Below are positions 50,348 through 61,539 of a stretch of DNA of 64,000 nucleotides, piece after piece. The position numbers and the translations under genes were made by a program. Positions within the stretch are counted from its first letter, which is position 1, and the number at the start of each line of letters is the position of its first letter. A model generated the notes under the pieces. That model ran no database searches, was not told where the DNA came from, and saw only the letters and a list, made by a program, of their open reading frames with translations. The DNA comes from Azolla caroliniana (taxonomy: Eukaryota; Plantae; Polypodiophyta): assembly GCA_043228905.1 (NCBI GenBank), contig JBHGNT010000004.1:19220001-19284000 (forward strand). The letters run 5' to 3'.

Positions 50348-53300
50348 ATGGAAGGCGGCGGCAGCGGGCAGCCGGGGATGATGGTGCTGAATGCGCAGAA
50401 TTACGCCGACTGGAAGATCAAGATGGAGGATCTTCTGATTGTTCGGGACCTGTACGAACCGATTGACAGGTCGGAAATACCGAAAGGGGTACTTGAGTCG
50501 GAGTGGAAGCTCCTGAACCGGAAAGCCGTAGCGACGATCCGACAATATGTCGATGTAAGCGTCCTACAACATGTGGCGAACGACACCAACGCATATGAGA
50601 TGTGGAAGAAGCTGTCGGGCCTCTACGAGAGGAAGAATGCGTTGAACCGGACCTCCCTGATGAGGAAGATAGTGAACCTCAAGTATCGAGACGGCGAGAG
50701 TATGGTGGAACACGTAAGCACGTTCATGGGATTCGTGAACCAGCTTGCGGCGATCAAGTTCCCGTTGGAGGATGCAATGCAAGCCATCATCCTGATGTGT
50801 ACATTGCCGGACAGCTGGGAGAACTTGGTGGTGACTCTCAGCACCTCCTGCACCGAAGATAACTTGTCCTTACAAACGGTAAAGACAAGTATTTTGAACG
50901 AAGAAGCGCGTCGGAGAGATAAAGAACCGGCCTCCGACCCGAAGGCGCTGCTTACCGAATCGGATCGGGGAAGACAATGGAACCGGAGTCCGCAAAGACG
51001 GGAGAAGTCGGGGACCCGGTCGCAGTCAAGAGGAAGGCCCACATGCTTCCACTGTGGGAAGCCGGGGCACTTCCGAAAGAATTGTCGGCATTACCGAAAA
51101 GACAACGGAGCCGACGACACCGATTCGAAGAAGTCACCGGAGAGAAACGGTGCATACCGGGGAGCCACGGACCGGAGAGGTTCGGATCGGCGAGGGCAGG
51201 ACCGGAAAGGAACAACGGCACTCGCGGCAAGTGAGGAAGAAATCATGCTCATCACCGAAGAAGGTGAACTAAACGTTGCCGGCGATGAGACGACCTGGGT
51301 GGTCAATTCCGGAGCATCGTTCCACCTGACCCCGGAGAGAAGATACTTCTCATCCTACACAGCCGGTGAGCATGGCTGTGTTCGGATGGGAAATGAAGGT
51401 ACGTGCCGGATTGCCGGCATAGGAGACGTGTGGTTGACAACCCCGACCGGATGCAAAATGCTGCTGAAGGATGTCCGACACGTTCCGGAGGTTCGATTGA
51501 ACCTGATTTCGGCCGGGAGGCTAGACGATGAAGGTTATGCAGGTAGCATCCGGAACGGCGTAATGAAGTTCAGCAAGGGGAGCCTGATAGTGGCTCGGGC
51601 CCGGAAAGACAACACACTGTACCTAATGAATGCCCGGTTATGTCCGGAAGAGCTGAATGTGGCAGCCGACACTGCCGGTGAGCTGTGGCACAAAAGACTG
51701 TGCCACATGAGTGAGAAGGGGATGAAGAGGCTTGCAGAAGACAACCTTATCCCAGTGAAGCATGTGCACCTGGAGAAGTGCACCGATTGCCTGGCCGGTA
51801 AGCAGAACCGAACCTCCTTCCACTCAAGGCCACCGACGAGACGTAGCGCACCATTGGAGTTGGTGCACACTGATGTGTGTCAGGTAGAAACGAAGTCACA
51901 TGGCGGAGCCCAGTACTTCGTAACATTCATCGATGATCATAGCCGAAAACTGTGGACGGCACCGATGAAGACAAAGGACCAAGTGTTGTGCGTCTTCAAA
52001 GAACTCCACGCGAGAGTGGAAAGGGAATCCGGCAAGAAGCTGAAAGCGATACGAGCGGACAACGGAGGGGAATACCGGGGGCAGTTCCAGGAGTACTGTC
52101 GCTCGAAGGGAATCCGACTCGAGTTTACTGTGCCGAAGACGCCGGAACTGAACGGGCTGGCCGAGAGGATGAACCGGACCATAATGGAGAGGGTCCGGAG
52201 TATGCTGGCGCATGCAAAATTACCCAAGGGGTTTTGGGCTGAGGCAATGTCGACGGCGACATACGTGATAAACAGATCACCCTCAGTACCTTTGGACGGA
52301 GACACGCCGCAGAGAGTGTGGACCGGTAAGGAAGTATCCTACCGGCATCTGAAGGTGTTCGGGTGTCTCGCATATGTGCATGTGGCAAAGGACCGGAGAG
52401 GAAAGCTAGATCCAAAGACCCGGCCATGCATATTCCTCGGTTACGGCGACGATGAGTTCGGCTACCGAGTATGGGACCCGGTCGACAAGAAGATATTCAG
52501 GAGTCGAGACATCATCTTCATGGAGGACAAGACACTCGCCGACTGGGAGTCGGAGAAGAAGATGAAGAGCTCCAAGTCGACCGGTGAGGATCAACTCTAC
52601 AAGGAGCAGTCCCGACCGGCAAGGGACCGGTTAGCACTCGAGGATCCGGCCGAAGACGGTGAAGATACAGTACCGGCCGAAGAAGATGAAAATGATACCG
52701 GAACCGGCCCCGATCCCGAAATGAATTCGGATGAAGAAGAATCGGAAGAACCGGTTACCGAAGCTCCGGAACGGAGATATCCTCTAAGAGAGAGAAGGGC
52801 CCCCCGGAGATTTCCGGAACCAGAGCATGTGCTGCTAACCGACGAGGGGGAGCCGGAGAGCTTTGAAGAAGCAAAGCACGACACCCAAAGCCGCAGGTGG
52901 TTGAGTGCCATGCAGGACGAGATGGATTCCCTGCATGAGAACCACACATATGAACTAGTGGAGTTGCCAAAAGGAAAGCGGGCACTTCGAAACAAGTGGG
53001 TGTTCAAGCTGAAACCGGGAGATGCCGGAAACCCCCCGAGATACAAAGCCAGGATCGTGGTGAAGGGGTTTCAGCAGAAGAAGGGCGTCGACTTCGACGA
53101 GATATTTGCCCCGGTAGTGAAGATGACCTCCATCCGGACGGTGCTGAGCATAGCGGCAAGCATGAACCTCGAGGTAGAACAGATGGACGTGAAGACGGCA
53201 TTCCTTCACGGTGACCTCGAAGAAGAGATCTACATGCAGCAACCGGAAGGATTCGAGAAGAAAGGGAAGGAGCACCTGGTATGCCGGTTGAAGAAGAGCC

Positions 53301-54421
53301 TTTACGGACTGAAGCAGGCTCCCCGGCAATGGTACCGGAAGTTTGACTCCTTCATGACCGACGAAGGGTACCACAAAACGCAGTCTGATCACTGCGTGTT
53401 TGTGAAGAAGTTCGAAGGAGGAGACTTTCTAATACTCCTCCTGTACGTGGACGACATGTTGATCGTCGGACGGGACCAGGTCAAGATACAGATGCTGAAG
53501 AAGGCTCTTCACCGAACCTTCTCAATGAAGGACTTGGGTCCGGCGAGACAAATACTAGGGATGCATATCATCCGGGACCGGAGCAAGAAGCAGTTGTGGC
53601 TGTCACAGGAGAAGTACGTGACAAAGGTGCTTGAACGGTTCAACATGTCGGAAGCAAGACCGGTCGGGTCAACCCTCCCGGCAAACTGCAAATTGTCCAG
53701 CAAGCAAAGTCCCAAGACAAAGGCTGAGAAGGAGGATATGATGAAAGTACCATATGCCTCTGCCGTCGGAAGCTTGATGTACGCAATGGTGTGTACAAGA
53801 CCGGACATAGGATATGCAGTCGGAGCGGTGAGCCGGTACATGAGCAATCCCGGCAAAGAGCACTGGAACGCAGTCAAGTGGATACTCCGATACCTGAAGG
53901 GCACGGCAAACGTGTGCCTCCGATTCGGCTCCGGTAAGTCCGAACTCGATGGCTTCACCGATTCGGATATGTCGGCTGATGCAGATACCAGCCGGTCCAC
54001 ATCAGGTTATGTGATGACGTATGCAGGGGGAGCTGTTTCATGGCAGTCGAGGCTGCAGAAGACGGTTGCACTGTCAACCACGGAGGCGGAGTACATGGCG
54101 GCTGTTGAAGCCGGCAAGGAAATAATATGGATGAAGGACTTCATTAGAGAGCTCGGTATCCGGCAGGTGGAGTACCGACTCTACTGCGACAGTCAGAGTG
54201 CCATCCACCTTGCGAAGAACGCGGCCTATCACTCCCGGACGAAGCACATCCAGCGAAGATATCACTGGATCCGGGAAAGGATAGAAGACCAGGAGTTCGT
54301 GCTGACGAAGATCCACACGGACGAGAACGGCTCAGATATGCTGACCAAGGTGCTCACACCCGACAAGCTGGAAGCATGCCGGAAGAGGATCGGGTTGGAG
54401 AGACATCCCATGCCGAAGTGA
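50348..54421 (+). CDS. Copia Gag-Pol polyprotein with protease catalytic D>N
   Basis: First ATG after the PBS; CFHCGKPGHFRKNC, WVVNSGAS, WHKRLCH..CTDC, HTDVC/RADNGGEY/AERMN, YVDD, RNase H motifs. Confidence 0.95.
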   Translation: MEGGGSGQPGMMVLNAQNYADWKIKMEDLLIVRDLYEPIDRSEIPKGVLESEWKLLNRKAVATIRQYVDVSVLQHVANDTNAYEMWKKLSGLYERKNALNRTSLMRKIVNLKYRDGESMVEHVSTFMGFVNQLAAIKFPLEDAMQAIILMCTLPDSWENLVVTLSTSCTEDNLSLQTVKTSILNEEARRRDKEPASDPKALLTESDRGRQWNRSPQRREKSGTRSQSRGRPTCFHCGKPGHFRKNCRHYRKDNGADDTDSKKSPERNGAYRGATDRRGSDRRGQDRKGTTALAASEEEIMLITEEGELNVAGDETTWVVNSGASFHLTPERRYFSSYTAGEHGCVRMGNEGTCRIAGIGDVWLTTPTGCKMLLKDVRHVPEVRLNLISAGRLDDEGYAGSIRNGVMKFSKGSLIVARARKDNTLYLMNARLCPEELNVAADTAGELWHKRLCHMSEKGMKRLAEDNLIPVKHVHLEKCTDCLAGKQNRTSFHSRPPTRRSAPLELVHTDVCQVETKSHGGAQYFVTFIDDHSRKLWTAPMKTKDQVLCVFKELHARVERESGKKLKAIRADNGGEYRGQFQEYCRSKGIRLEFTVPKTPELNGLAERMNRTIMERVRSMLAHAKLPKGFWAEAMSTATYVINRSPSVPLDGDTPQRVWTGKEVSYRHLKVFGCLAYVHVAKDRRGKLDPKTRPCIFLGYGDDEFGYRVWDPVDKKIFRSRDIIFMEDKTLADWESEKKMKSSKSTGEDQLYKEQSRPARDRLALEDPAEDGEDTVPAEEDENDTGTGPDPEMNSDEEESEEPVTEAPERRYPLRERRAPRRFPEPEHVLLTDEGEPESFEEAKHDTQSRRWLSAMQDEMDSLHENHTYELVELPKGKRALRNKWVFKLKPGDAGNPPRYKARIVVKGFQQKKGVDFDEIFAPVVKMTSIRTVLSIAASMNLEVEQMDVKTAFLHGDLEEEIYMQQPEGFEKKGKEHLVCRLKKSLYGLKQAPRQWYRKFDSFMTDEGYHKTQSDHCVFVKKFEGGDFLILLLYVDDMLIVGRDQVKIQMLKKALHRTFSMKDLGPARQILGMHIIRDRSKKQLWLSQEKYVTKVLERFNMSEARPVGSTLPANCKLSSKQSPKTKAEKEDMMKVPYASAVGSLMYAMVCTRPDIGYAVGAVSRYMSNPGKEHWNAVKWILRYLKGTANVCLRFGSGKSELDGFTDSDMSADADTSRSTSGYVMTYAGGAVSWQSRLQKTVALSTTEAEYMAAVEAGKEIIWMKDFIRELGIRQVEYRLYCDSQSAIHLAKNAAYHSRTKHIQRRYHWIRERIEDQEFVLTKIHTDENGSDMLTKVLTPDKLEACRKRIGLERHPMPK

Positions 54422-57400
54422 AGGGGGAGTTTGTTGGGATTTCGGTCCCTCCGGATGGGATGTCCGGAGATGAATGACGGCAAGCCCGGTTGCGGTTACG
54501 GAGCCGGATGATGAAGACCCCGGTTACGGAGCCAGATGATGAATACCCCGGCTACGGAGCCGGATGATGAAGACCCCGGTTACGGAGCCGGATGATGAAG
54601 ACCCCGGTTACGGAGCCGGATGACGAATGTACCCGGAGAGAGATCCGGATGCGGGGACATATTTGTGAATATGTTTGCCAAGGGCCCTTGAGGCTATATT
54701 TGTAAATAGCCTGAAAGTCATCTGTGTATAAATATGACTTAGGGCAAACAGTTTTAGGTGGTCGCTCATTTTTCTGATTTCACCTAGAGAGAGCGAAGAG
54801 AGCAGCCGCGAGAGAGAGAGAGAGACGAAGAGGTCGTTGCCTCTGTGTATTGCCGCCGCCTGTGGCGAAGACAGTGAGCTCAAGGTTGTTGCCTTGAAGC
54901 TTCACCATTGTACATCCCTGTTCATAGTGATAGTTGGAGTTTGAGGACTCCCGTGGTTTTTCCCATTTAGGGTTTTCCACGTAAAATATCCTGTGTACTC
55001 CTCTCTCTATAGTCTTCGTGTACTTTGTATTTCCCATTTTCGGAGAGTTGATCCTATTCCTCGGTTGTGGCCGAGCACCGTTTGCAACAGAAGTCATCTC
55101 CAACATTTTGGATGCGGACCGAATTGGAACAAGAGGTAGATGTTTTCTCCTTCATTGTGTTCTAAAGCAACATATCTCGGTTCCATTAGAAACCTTGTTG
55201 GCGGTCTCCAAAAAGGAAGTTTAGGATGATTTACTGGAGAAGGTGCGAAGAAAGCGAATTATGGTTGATACAACAATGACTACAAAGGAGGTGGATGGAA
55301 AGAAGGATCTATACAAGTGCTGAAGCATGAAGATAATATTTCGAGGAGCAACTTTACTCAGAATCACTAGGCCTGGGCAACTATAGAAACGAAAGTACGA
55401 CTTGGTGGTTTATCGGAGGCAGTCATGGCTCTAATTGATAGTGGCTCGGAAATAAACCTCATTTCCTTGGAGGTTTACAAGCAAGGAGGGTGGACGATGA
55501 CTTCTGATCATCATTGGAGGATTTGAGCAACAACACAACCATCAGAGGAGTTATCGAGAGCTTGCCCAAACGTGGAAGTATCAATTGGTGGTGGTACTGT
55601 GCTTCAACATTTCTTTATTCAGGATATAGCCACATATCCATTTATATTGGGCCATCCCTTTATGGTTGTTGTCCGCATGGAGACCAAGGTATTGGATGAT
55701 GGATCGGCCTATGCTCGGATCAAAGATATGGATGGTGGAAGGACAGTGCAATTTCAAACAGTTCGACCTAATCACGAAAGAAACAAGGATAGTTTACATG
55801 TATCCTCTAATTAGGATTTTTAGATAAGACTATTGTAAAATAGGGCTATAATAGTTCGCGACAACAAAAGTCCATGTATGAGAATTATTGTTCCAGAAAT
55901 AATAAAGGTTATGTTTCTTATATTGGAGCAATCTCATTTTCTTCTGTTGATGATTTAAATCGTAAAAGCCAGGTAAATGTAGAAGACATTCGGGTGATGT
56001 TTCTTAAATATCGGATTCTGGAACTGGATGATCAAGTGTGAGGAATTATGGAGGAATTTTCCTTTGTGGATACCATTAGGGAGTTGGAAAATCCTTTGTA
56101 TTCAAATGAAGGTCAGTCATTTTTTATTCCGGCCAATTTAGTGGATATGTATGCTGAAATTGCAACATTTCGAAATCGACCCAAAGAGAGCCGATTTCAA
56201 AGGATGTTATCTCAACATTGTAAAGCCTTTGTTGTTTCACCTTCATGGATAGGTTGTGTGGACCCACAACTGGTGGAGCCAATGATTATCTTTATTGTCC
56301 CTCATATGCCTTGGAACTTGAAGCCAATTCCCGTTCCGAGAGCTCATATTCGGAAACTCATCGAGTTGCTAAAAGAGAAGGTGCATATGGGTATCTTGGA
56401 GCCTTCGAATGCTCCGTATTCTAACCGGTGGTTTACAGGGTAAAAAATGAACGGATCTCTCAGGTTCATTCAAGATCTCCAACCAGTTAACAAATATCAA
56501 TTCAGAATTCAGGAGTTGGTCCTGTCGTGGATTCCTTTGTAGGTAGAGCTATCTACTCCATGGCTGATTTGTATTCTGGATATGATCAATTTCAGCTTGC
56601 TATGGATAGTAGGGATATTACTACAATGCGTACACCTATTGGGTTGGTTCGAATGTGTACTTTACCACAAGGCCCAACTAGTTCTATCGCTCATATGATG
56701 AACGCAATGAATAAGGTGTTCAGGGATCACATTCCTCATCGAACAATGCCTTTCTTGGATAACATTCCGATTAAAGGATGTCTTGAAGAAGAGAAGGGTG
56801 AAGAAGTTGGGTCGGATGGATGTCGGAAATTCGTCTTAGATCATATAGCAGACTATGAAGACATATTGAAGAATTTAGAGGAGGCACATTTGACAATTTC
56901 TGGAGAAAAATCAAGTTTTGGTAGATCTGAAGTGCGGATTGTGGGACATTTGTGTGACCCCTATGGTCGGAAACCTGATCCAACCAAGGTGGACGGCATC
57001 AATGCAATGGAGGATATCTGCAAGTCAACATCAGAAGTAAGACGATTTTTAGGTGCATGTGTTTTATATCATATTTGGATTCCACATTTTGCACATTTTG
57101 TTGATCCCTTATATAAGTTATTACGGAAAGGACAAAGGTTTATATGGGAGGAGGAGCATACTCTGGCCATGAAGAAGATTAAGATACTTTTGTCATCTGC
57201 ACCAGCCTTGCGACAACCTATATATGAGCAAGGTCGACCTATCTTTGTGACTGTAGATGCAAGTCAGACTGGAATTGGATGGGTTATTAATGAAGAGGAT
57301 GAAACTGGAGATCGATATGTTATTCGGTTTGGAGCAAAGATTTTACATGATCAACAAAGAAAGTATGCTCAAATAAAGAGAGAGTTGTGGGGCATAGTTT

Positions 57401-59769
57401 CTACGATTAAAGCAAACAAGGATTATTTGATTGGATCGGAAGTGGTTATAGAGACAAATTGTCTACCGATCTTTTGAATGATTTCAGGATGCTCTTCTAC
57501 AGATATATCCATGCTGAGATGGATTGCCTATATTAAAACATTTAACCCAGAGATCCGACACATTAAAGGGAAAAACAATGTTATGGTTGATATGTTGTGT
57601 CGAGCACGGACTATTCTAGAGCCATCCTCTCTAGAGGAAGAGGATGGTTTTGATAATGGATTCTTTTGTAATGAGATTGGTGTACAGGTGCCTGAATTTA
57701 GAGAGGAGGAATATGAAGGAGAGCTATTGCAAATCGGGAAATTCCTACAAGCACAAGAAGGAAGCCCTGATTGGACACCAAAGGATTTTCAGCTATTTAG
57801 GAAGAAGGCTTATAGGTTTTTCTTGAAGGATGGATATCTTTGGAGACTTGCAAAGAAAGTTAAGGATCCCCCAACTCGAGCTATCGGTTTACAGGTTCAG
57901 AAAGATAAGATTATTTCATATCTTCATGATAGTCATTGGGTTGGACATAAAGGAGTGGTAAACACATTTTCGAAGATTAAGGATCGGAATTGGTGGAAAG
58001 GAATGTATGTGGATATTCAAAGGTATGTGGAATCATGCATTGAATGTCAAATGTATTCTAATTATAAGGTGAGAGATGAGCTACATCCGACGTACTCACA
58101 TGTGTTGCATTATAAGTGGATGGTGGATATAGTTCATATGCCCTCTAGTCGAAATCAAATGAAATACTTGGTTCTTACTCGAGAGGACTTGTCCAACCAA
58201 GTGGAAGAAAGACCTCTCTGAAACAAGTCTGCATCGCCCATTCTAAAGTTTTTATTAGAGGATGTAATTTGTAGATATGGTAATGTTGGGCAGATTGTAA
58301 TTGATCGAGGGGAGCTTGATTCGGATGAGGCTCGAATGTTCTTCCAAATATTCGGGATCCGATTGACTCGGACTACTGCATATAATCCAGAGGGAAATGG
58401 TAAAGTGGAAAGGGTCCATGGTCCGATTGTGAAAGCTTTGGTGAAAGCATGTGATGGTCGAATTTCTATGTGGCCTGACATGCTACCTTATGCTCTCTGG
58501 GTTGATAGATGCACTCACAACTCTGTTACGGGATTTATGCCATCGGAACTACTTTTTGGTCAGATGCCTATTATGCCTACGGAGCGGATGATTCCCACTT
58601 GGGGAGTTTTACCTTGGGAAGATCAGATGGAATGTGAAGATTTGTTGACTATTCGAATTCGGCAATTAGAGAATAGGCCGAAGGATATAGTTGAAGCTGC
58701 TAGGAGACAACAAGAAGTTTGATTGAAGAATAAGGATCGATTTGACAAGAGACATCGAGTTCAGAATATTCCCATTGAAAAAGGAGATTGGGTTTTTGTG
58801 TTTGATAGTAGCCTCAAACATCAGCACAAATCTATTCGAAAATTCTCTCGTCGATGGTTTGGGCCGTATCGAGTGGTAGAAGTCCGGCAAAATGGAACAT
58901 ATATCTTATTAGAATTTGATGGAACTCTTCTTCGAATTCCAATTGCTAGTAAATGAATTAAACTCTTTAAAGAACGATTCTCTCTTGTTCCTGACATTTT
59001 GCAAGATGAAGGATCCATGGAAGCTAATACGAATTGGGAAGAAGATATTGAAGAATAGGTGGTCCATGAAGTGACAGCTACAAGTATCCAATTAGAAGCG
59101 GTAACGACAGTTTCATCACGGGATACCGGTCTAGAAGAGAAAGTAAATGAGAAGTTAGCTTTTCGATTAGAAGGGGTGAAGATGTCTCTCGTGTCGATTC
59201 CGGAATTGAATGAAGATGATTGGCATGCATCAAATGTTCAAATAAAAGGAAAGAAGAATTTAGTTGAATTTTCTTCACTTAGCACATACCGGAGGATGTG
59301 CATGTTAGGAGGTGGTTCATGTCATAAAGGGATACGACCGACTAGTGCCACCATGATTCCACACTTGCCTCAACTACAACCATGCATCTCAACTTGGTTC
59401 TGTGACCCAACACTCCTTGGAGATCCACCTAATTTGACTCATTGGAGTTTATTTACATTCTAGACTCAAAGTTCTTTAGTATTATTGTTCTTAGGGATTT
59501 ATTTGCATTATCTTGGAACAAATGTTGTATAGTCAAAACCATGTAATGTATTTCATGTGCACCATATAATGCACATGCAAAGTTTCTCTATGTGTGCCAC
59601 ATGGCCACATGCTTTATATCGTCGCGCACATGCACAAGCTTCTTTAGGTGTGTGCCACATGACCTACATGTAAAGACATCCATTAGTATAAGAGGGGAGA
59701 ATTATTGTCATGTGGCGGGGGGGGTTCGCAATTTATCTCTCACTTTTGGAAGCACCTATGTGACGGGCT

Positions 59770-61042
59770 CTAAATCTCTTGCAAACTCTCTTCAGCATAT
59801 CATCCCGAAACTAATGGCCAAGCAGAGCACACAAATCAAACACTTGAGCAGTATCTTCGATGTTTCATCAAGAATCAACAAGATGATTGGAGTCATATAT
59901 TGCATCTTGTAGAGTTTGCATACAATAACACCATACACTCTTCTACCAAGGTCACACCTTTCTATGCCTATACTGGCAACCATCCTCGATGGTGTCTCTT
60001 GGACATTCCAGTGATCTCACCAAACCCTAGTGCGGAGCAACACCTCTAGTCCGAGTTGTCTTCACATCTTCAGAAAGCTCAAGCCCAACATAAAGATCGA
60101 CATCGTCTTCCATCTCCATTCAAGGTTGGTGATTGGGTATAGTTGTTACGCCGTCACATAAAGACTACTCGACCATGTGATAAGCTAGATTATAAACGCT
60201 TGGGTCCTTTTGTCATCACGAAGCAGATTAATGATGCAACATTCCGTATTGATCTTCCTGCAAATTTGCGGCTTCATCCAGTCTTTCACAACTCTCTTTT
60301 GGAACCTTGCCACACCAGCTCGATTCCCAATCGTGTCATGCCACCATCACCTCCTCTCCAACTTGTTGATGGCCCAGAGTACGAGGTAACTGCCATTCTC
60401 AGAATAAGTTGTATTATCTAGTTGATTGGCTAGGCTATACCCCGCGCGATCGCACATGGGAACCCGTCGATAATGTTTGTAATGCTCAAGCTCTTATCAA
60501 TGACTTCCATCGTCGCTATCCAAACAAACCCGGCCCTGCATTGTTAACAACTCCTTCCACTCGTCGTTTAAGAGGAGGGATAGTGTCATGAATCCGTGAA
60601 CATTATGCTTCACCTAGACTTGAACCCAAGACTATGTCATGAACACATGACCATTATGGCGTCACCCGGACTTGAACCTCAAACCTTGTAATCCATAGTT
60701 GAAAACCTCAACCATTAAGATAGCTTATTGTCATATGAGAAAATAAAAGCTACTTTCTATATTACATTGATTATTGTAAAAACCCTAGATCATTCTAGAA
60801 TGTTCTAGAATGTCCTAGAACATTCTAGATATCTCTAAGCTATAGGAACCTATAAATAGGGGCATACATGTATCCTCAAATCAATTCGAATCAACACCAG
60901 TCTTTAGCTCCAAGCCCACCTTGTATCCAACTCATCCTTGTAATCATTCTATTCTAATAAACCCACTCTTCTCTTATCAATCCATTCTCCTCTCTTCTTC
61001 TATTCTCTTATACCTTCCTTCAATCGTTCAATCTCTTACTTT
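59770..61042 (+). mobile_element. Chromovirus 3' end: integrase tail, chromodomain, PPT and LTR from 60584, cut at 61043
   Basis: SSAYHPETNGQ, KLDYKRLGPF, EYEVTAIL..YYLVDWLGY..RTWEP, agaggagggatag then TGTCATG. Confidence 0.9.
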
Positions 61043-61488
61043 TGTTAATCCTTAGGGCCAGACAACAGCTTAACACAAGGTGTCCACTTAAGACACTTCA
61101 CCAAAGGGTGTTACGGCGAGATAACTTACGACACAACGCTTAATTGAACCTTAATTGGTTACTTAGCAATACGTCATTAACACGCGTAAGTTATACAATA
61201 AGCACAGAACGGTGAACAATACTCAATGATTAAACAAAAGGTTTATATTACTCTCCATTAATGACTACATTGTAACCGGGCCTTTATATAGGTCACCGGT
61301 GCGAAGTACAAAACGGTGCCAACCGACACCTATTCGAGATCGGTCCAGATCCGGATTGGCATACCGATTCCGGTCCGTCCGTCCACATCTTCTCATATAT
61401 TAATATATATATTAAGACTAGTAATTTCAACATATTCCCAAATAACAATTCCCCTTTTCACACCCTGGTCTTTGCCGGTCGGGTAACA
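61043..61488 (-). mobile_element. 3' LTR of a non-chromoviral gypsy extending beyond the window
   Basis: Similar to 1888-2337 in the same orientation; minus-strand extra ORF runs toward it. Confidence 0.85.
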
Positions 61489-61539
61489 CATGGCACGCCT
61501 GTGGGATAGTACCTTGTACGTCGAATCTCACACCGGCCC

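Larger units (their letters stand above)
49660..55089 (+). mobile_element. Full-length young Ty1/copia element
   Basis: 658-bp LTRs 49660-50317 and 54432-55089 (one difference seen), TSD GAAGT, iMet PBS 50321-50332, PPT gaagggggag. Confidence 0.97.
48429..59765 (+). mobile_element. Decayed divergent Ty3/gypsy split by a copia; probable 3' LTR ~59320-59765
   Basis: Gag with CLWCDSLEHRRSEC, protease LIDSGSEINL (~55430), RT DLYSGYDQ/LPQG/PFLDNIPIKG, RNase H VDASQTGIG, integrase WMVDIVHMP/YNPEGNGKVER. LTR end uncertain. Confidence 0.82.

Noticed and set aside
1888-61488. The two similar LTRs as ends of one 60-kb element
   Set aside because: No TSD, visible divergence, and each LTR's internal sequence lies on its outer side.
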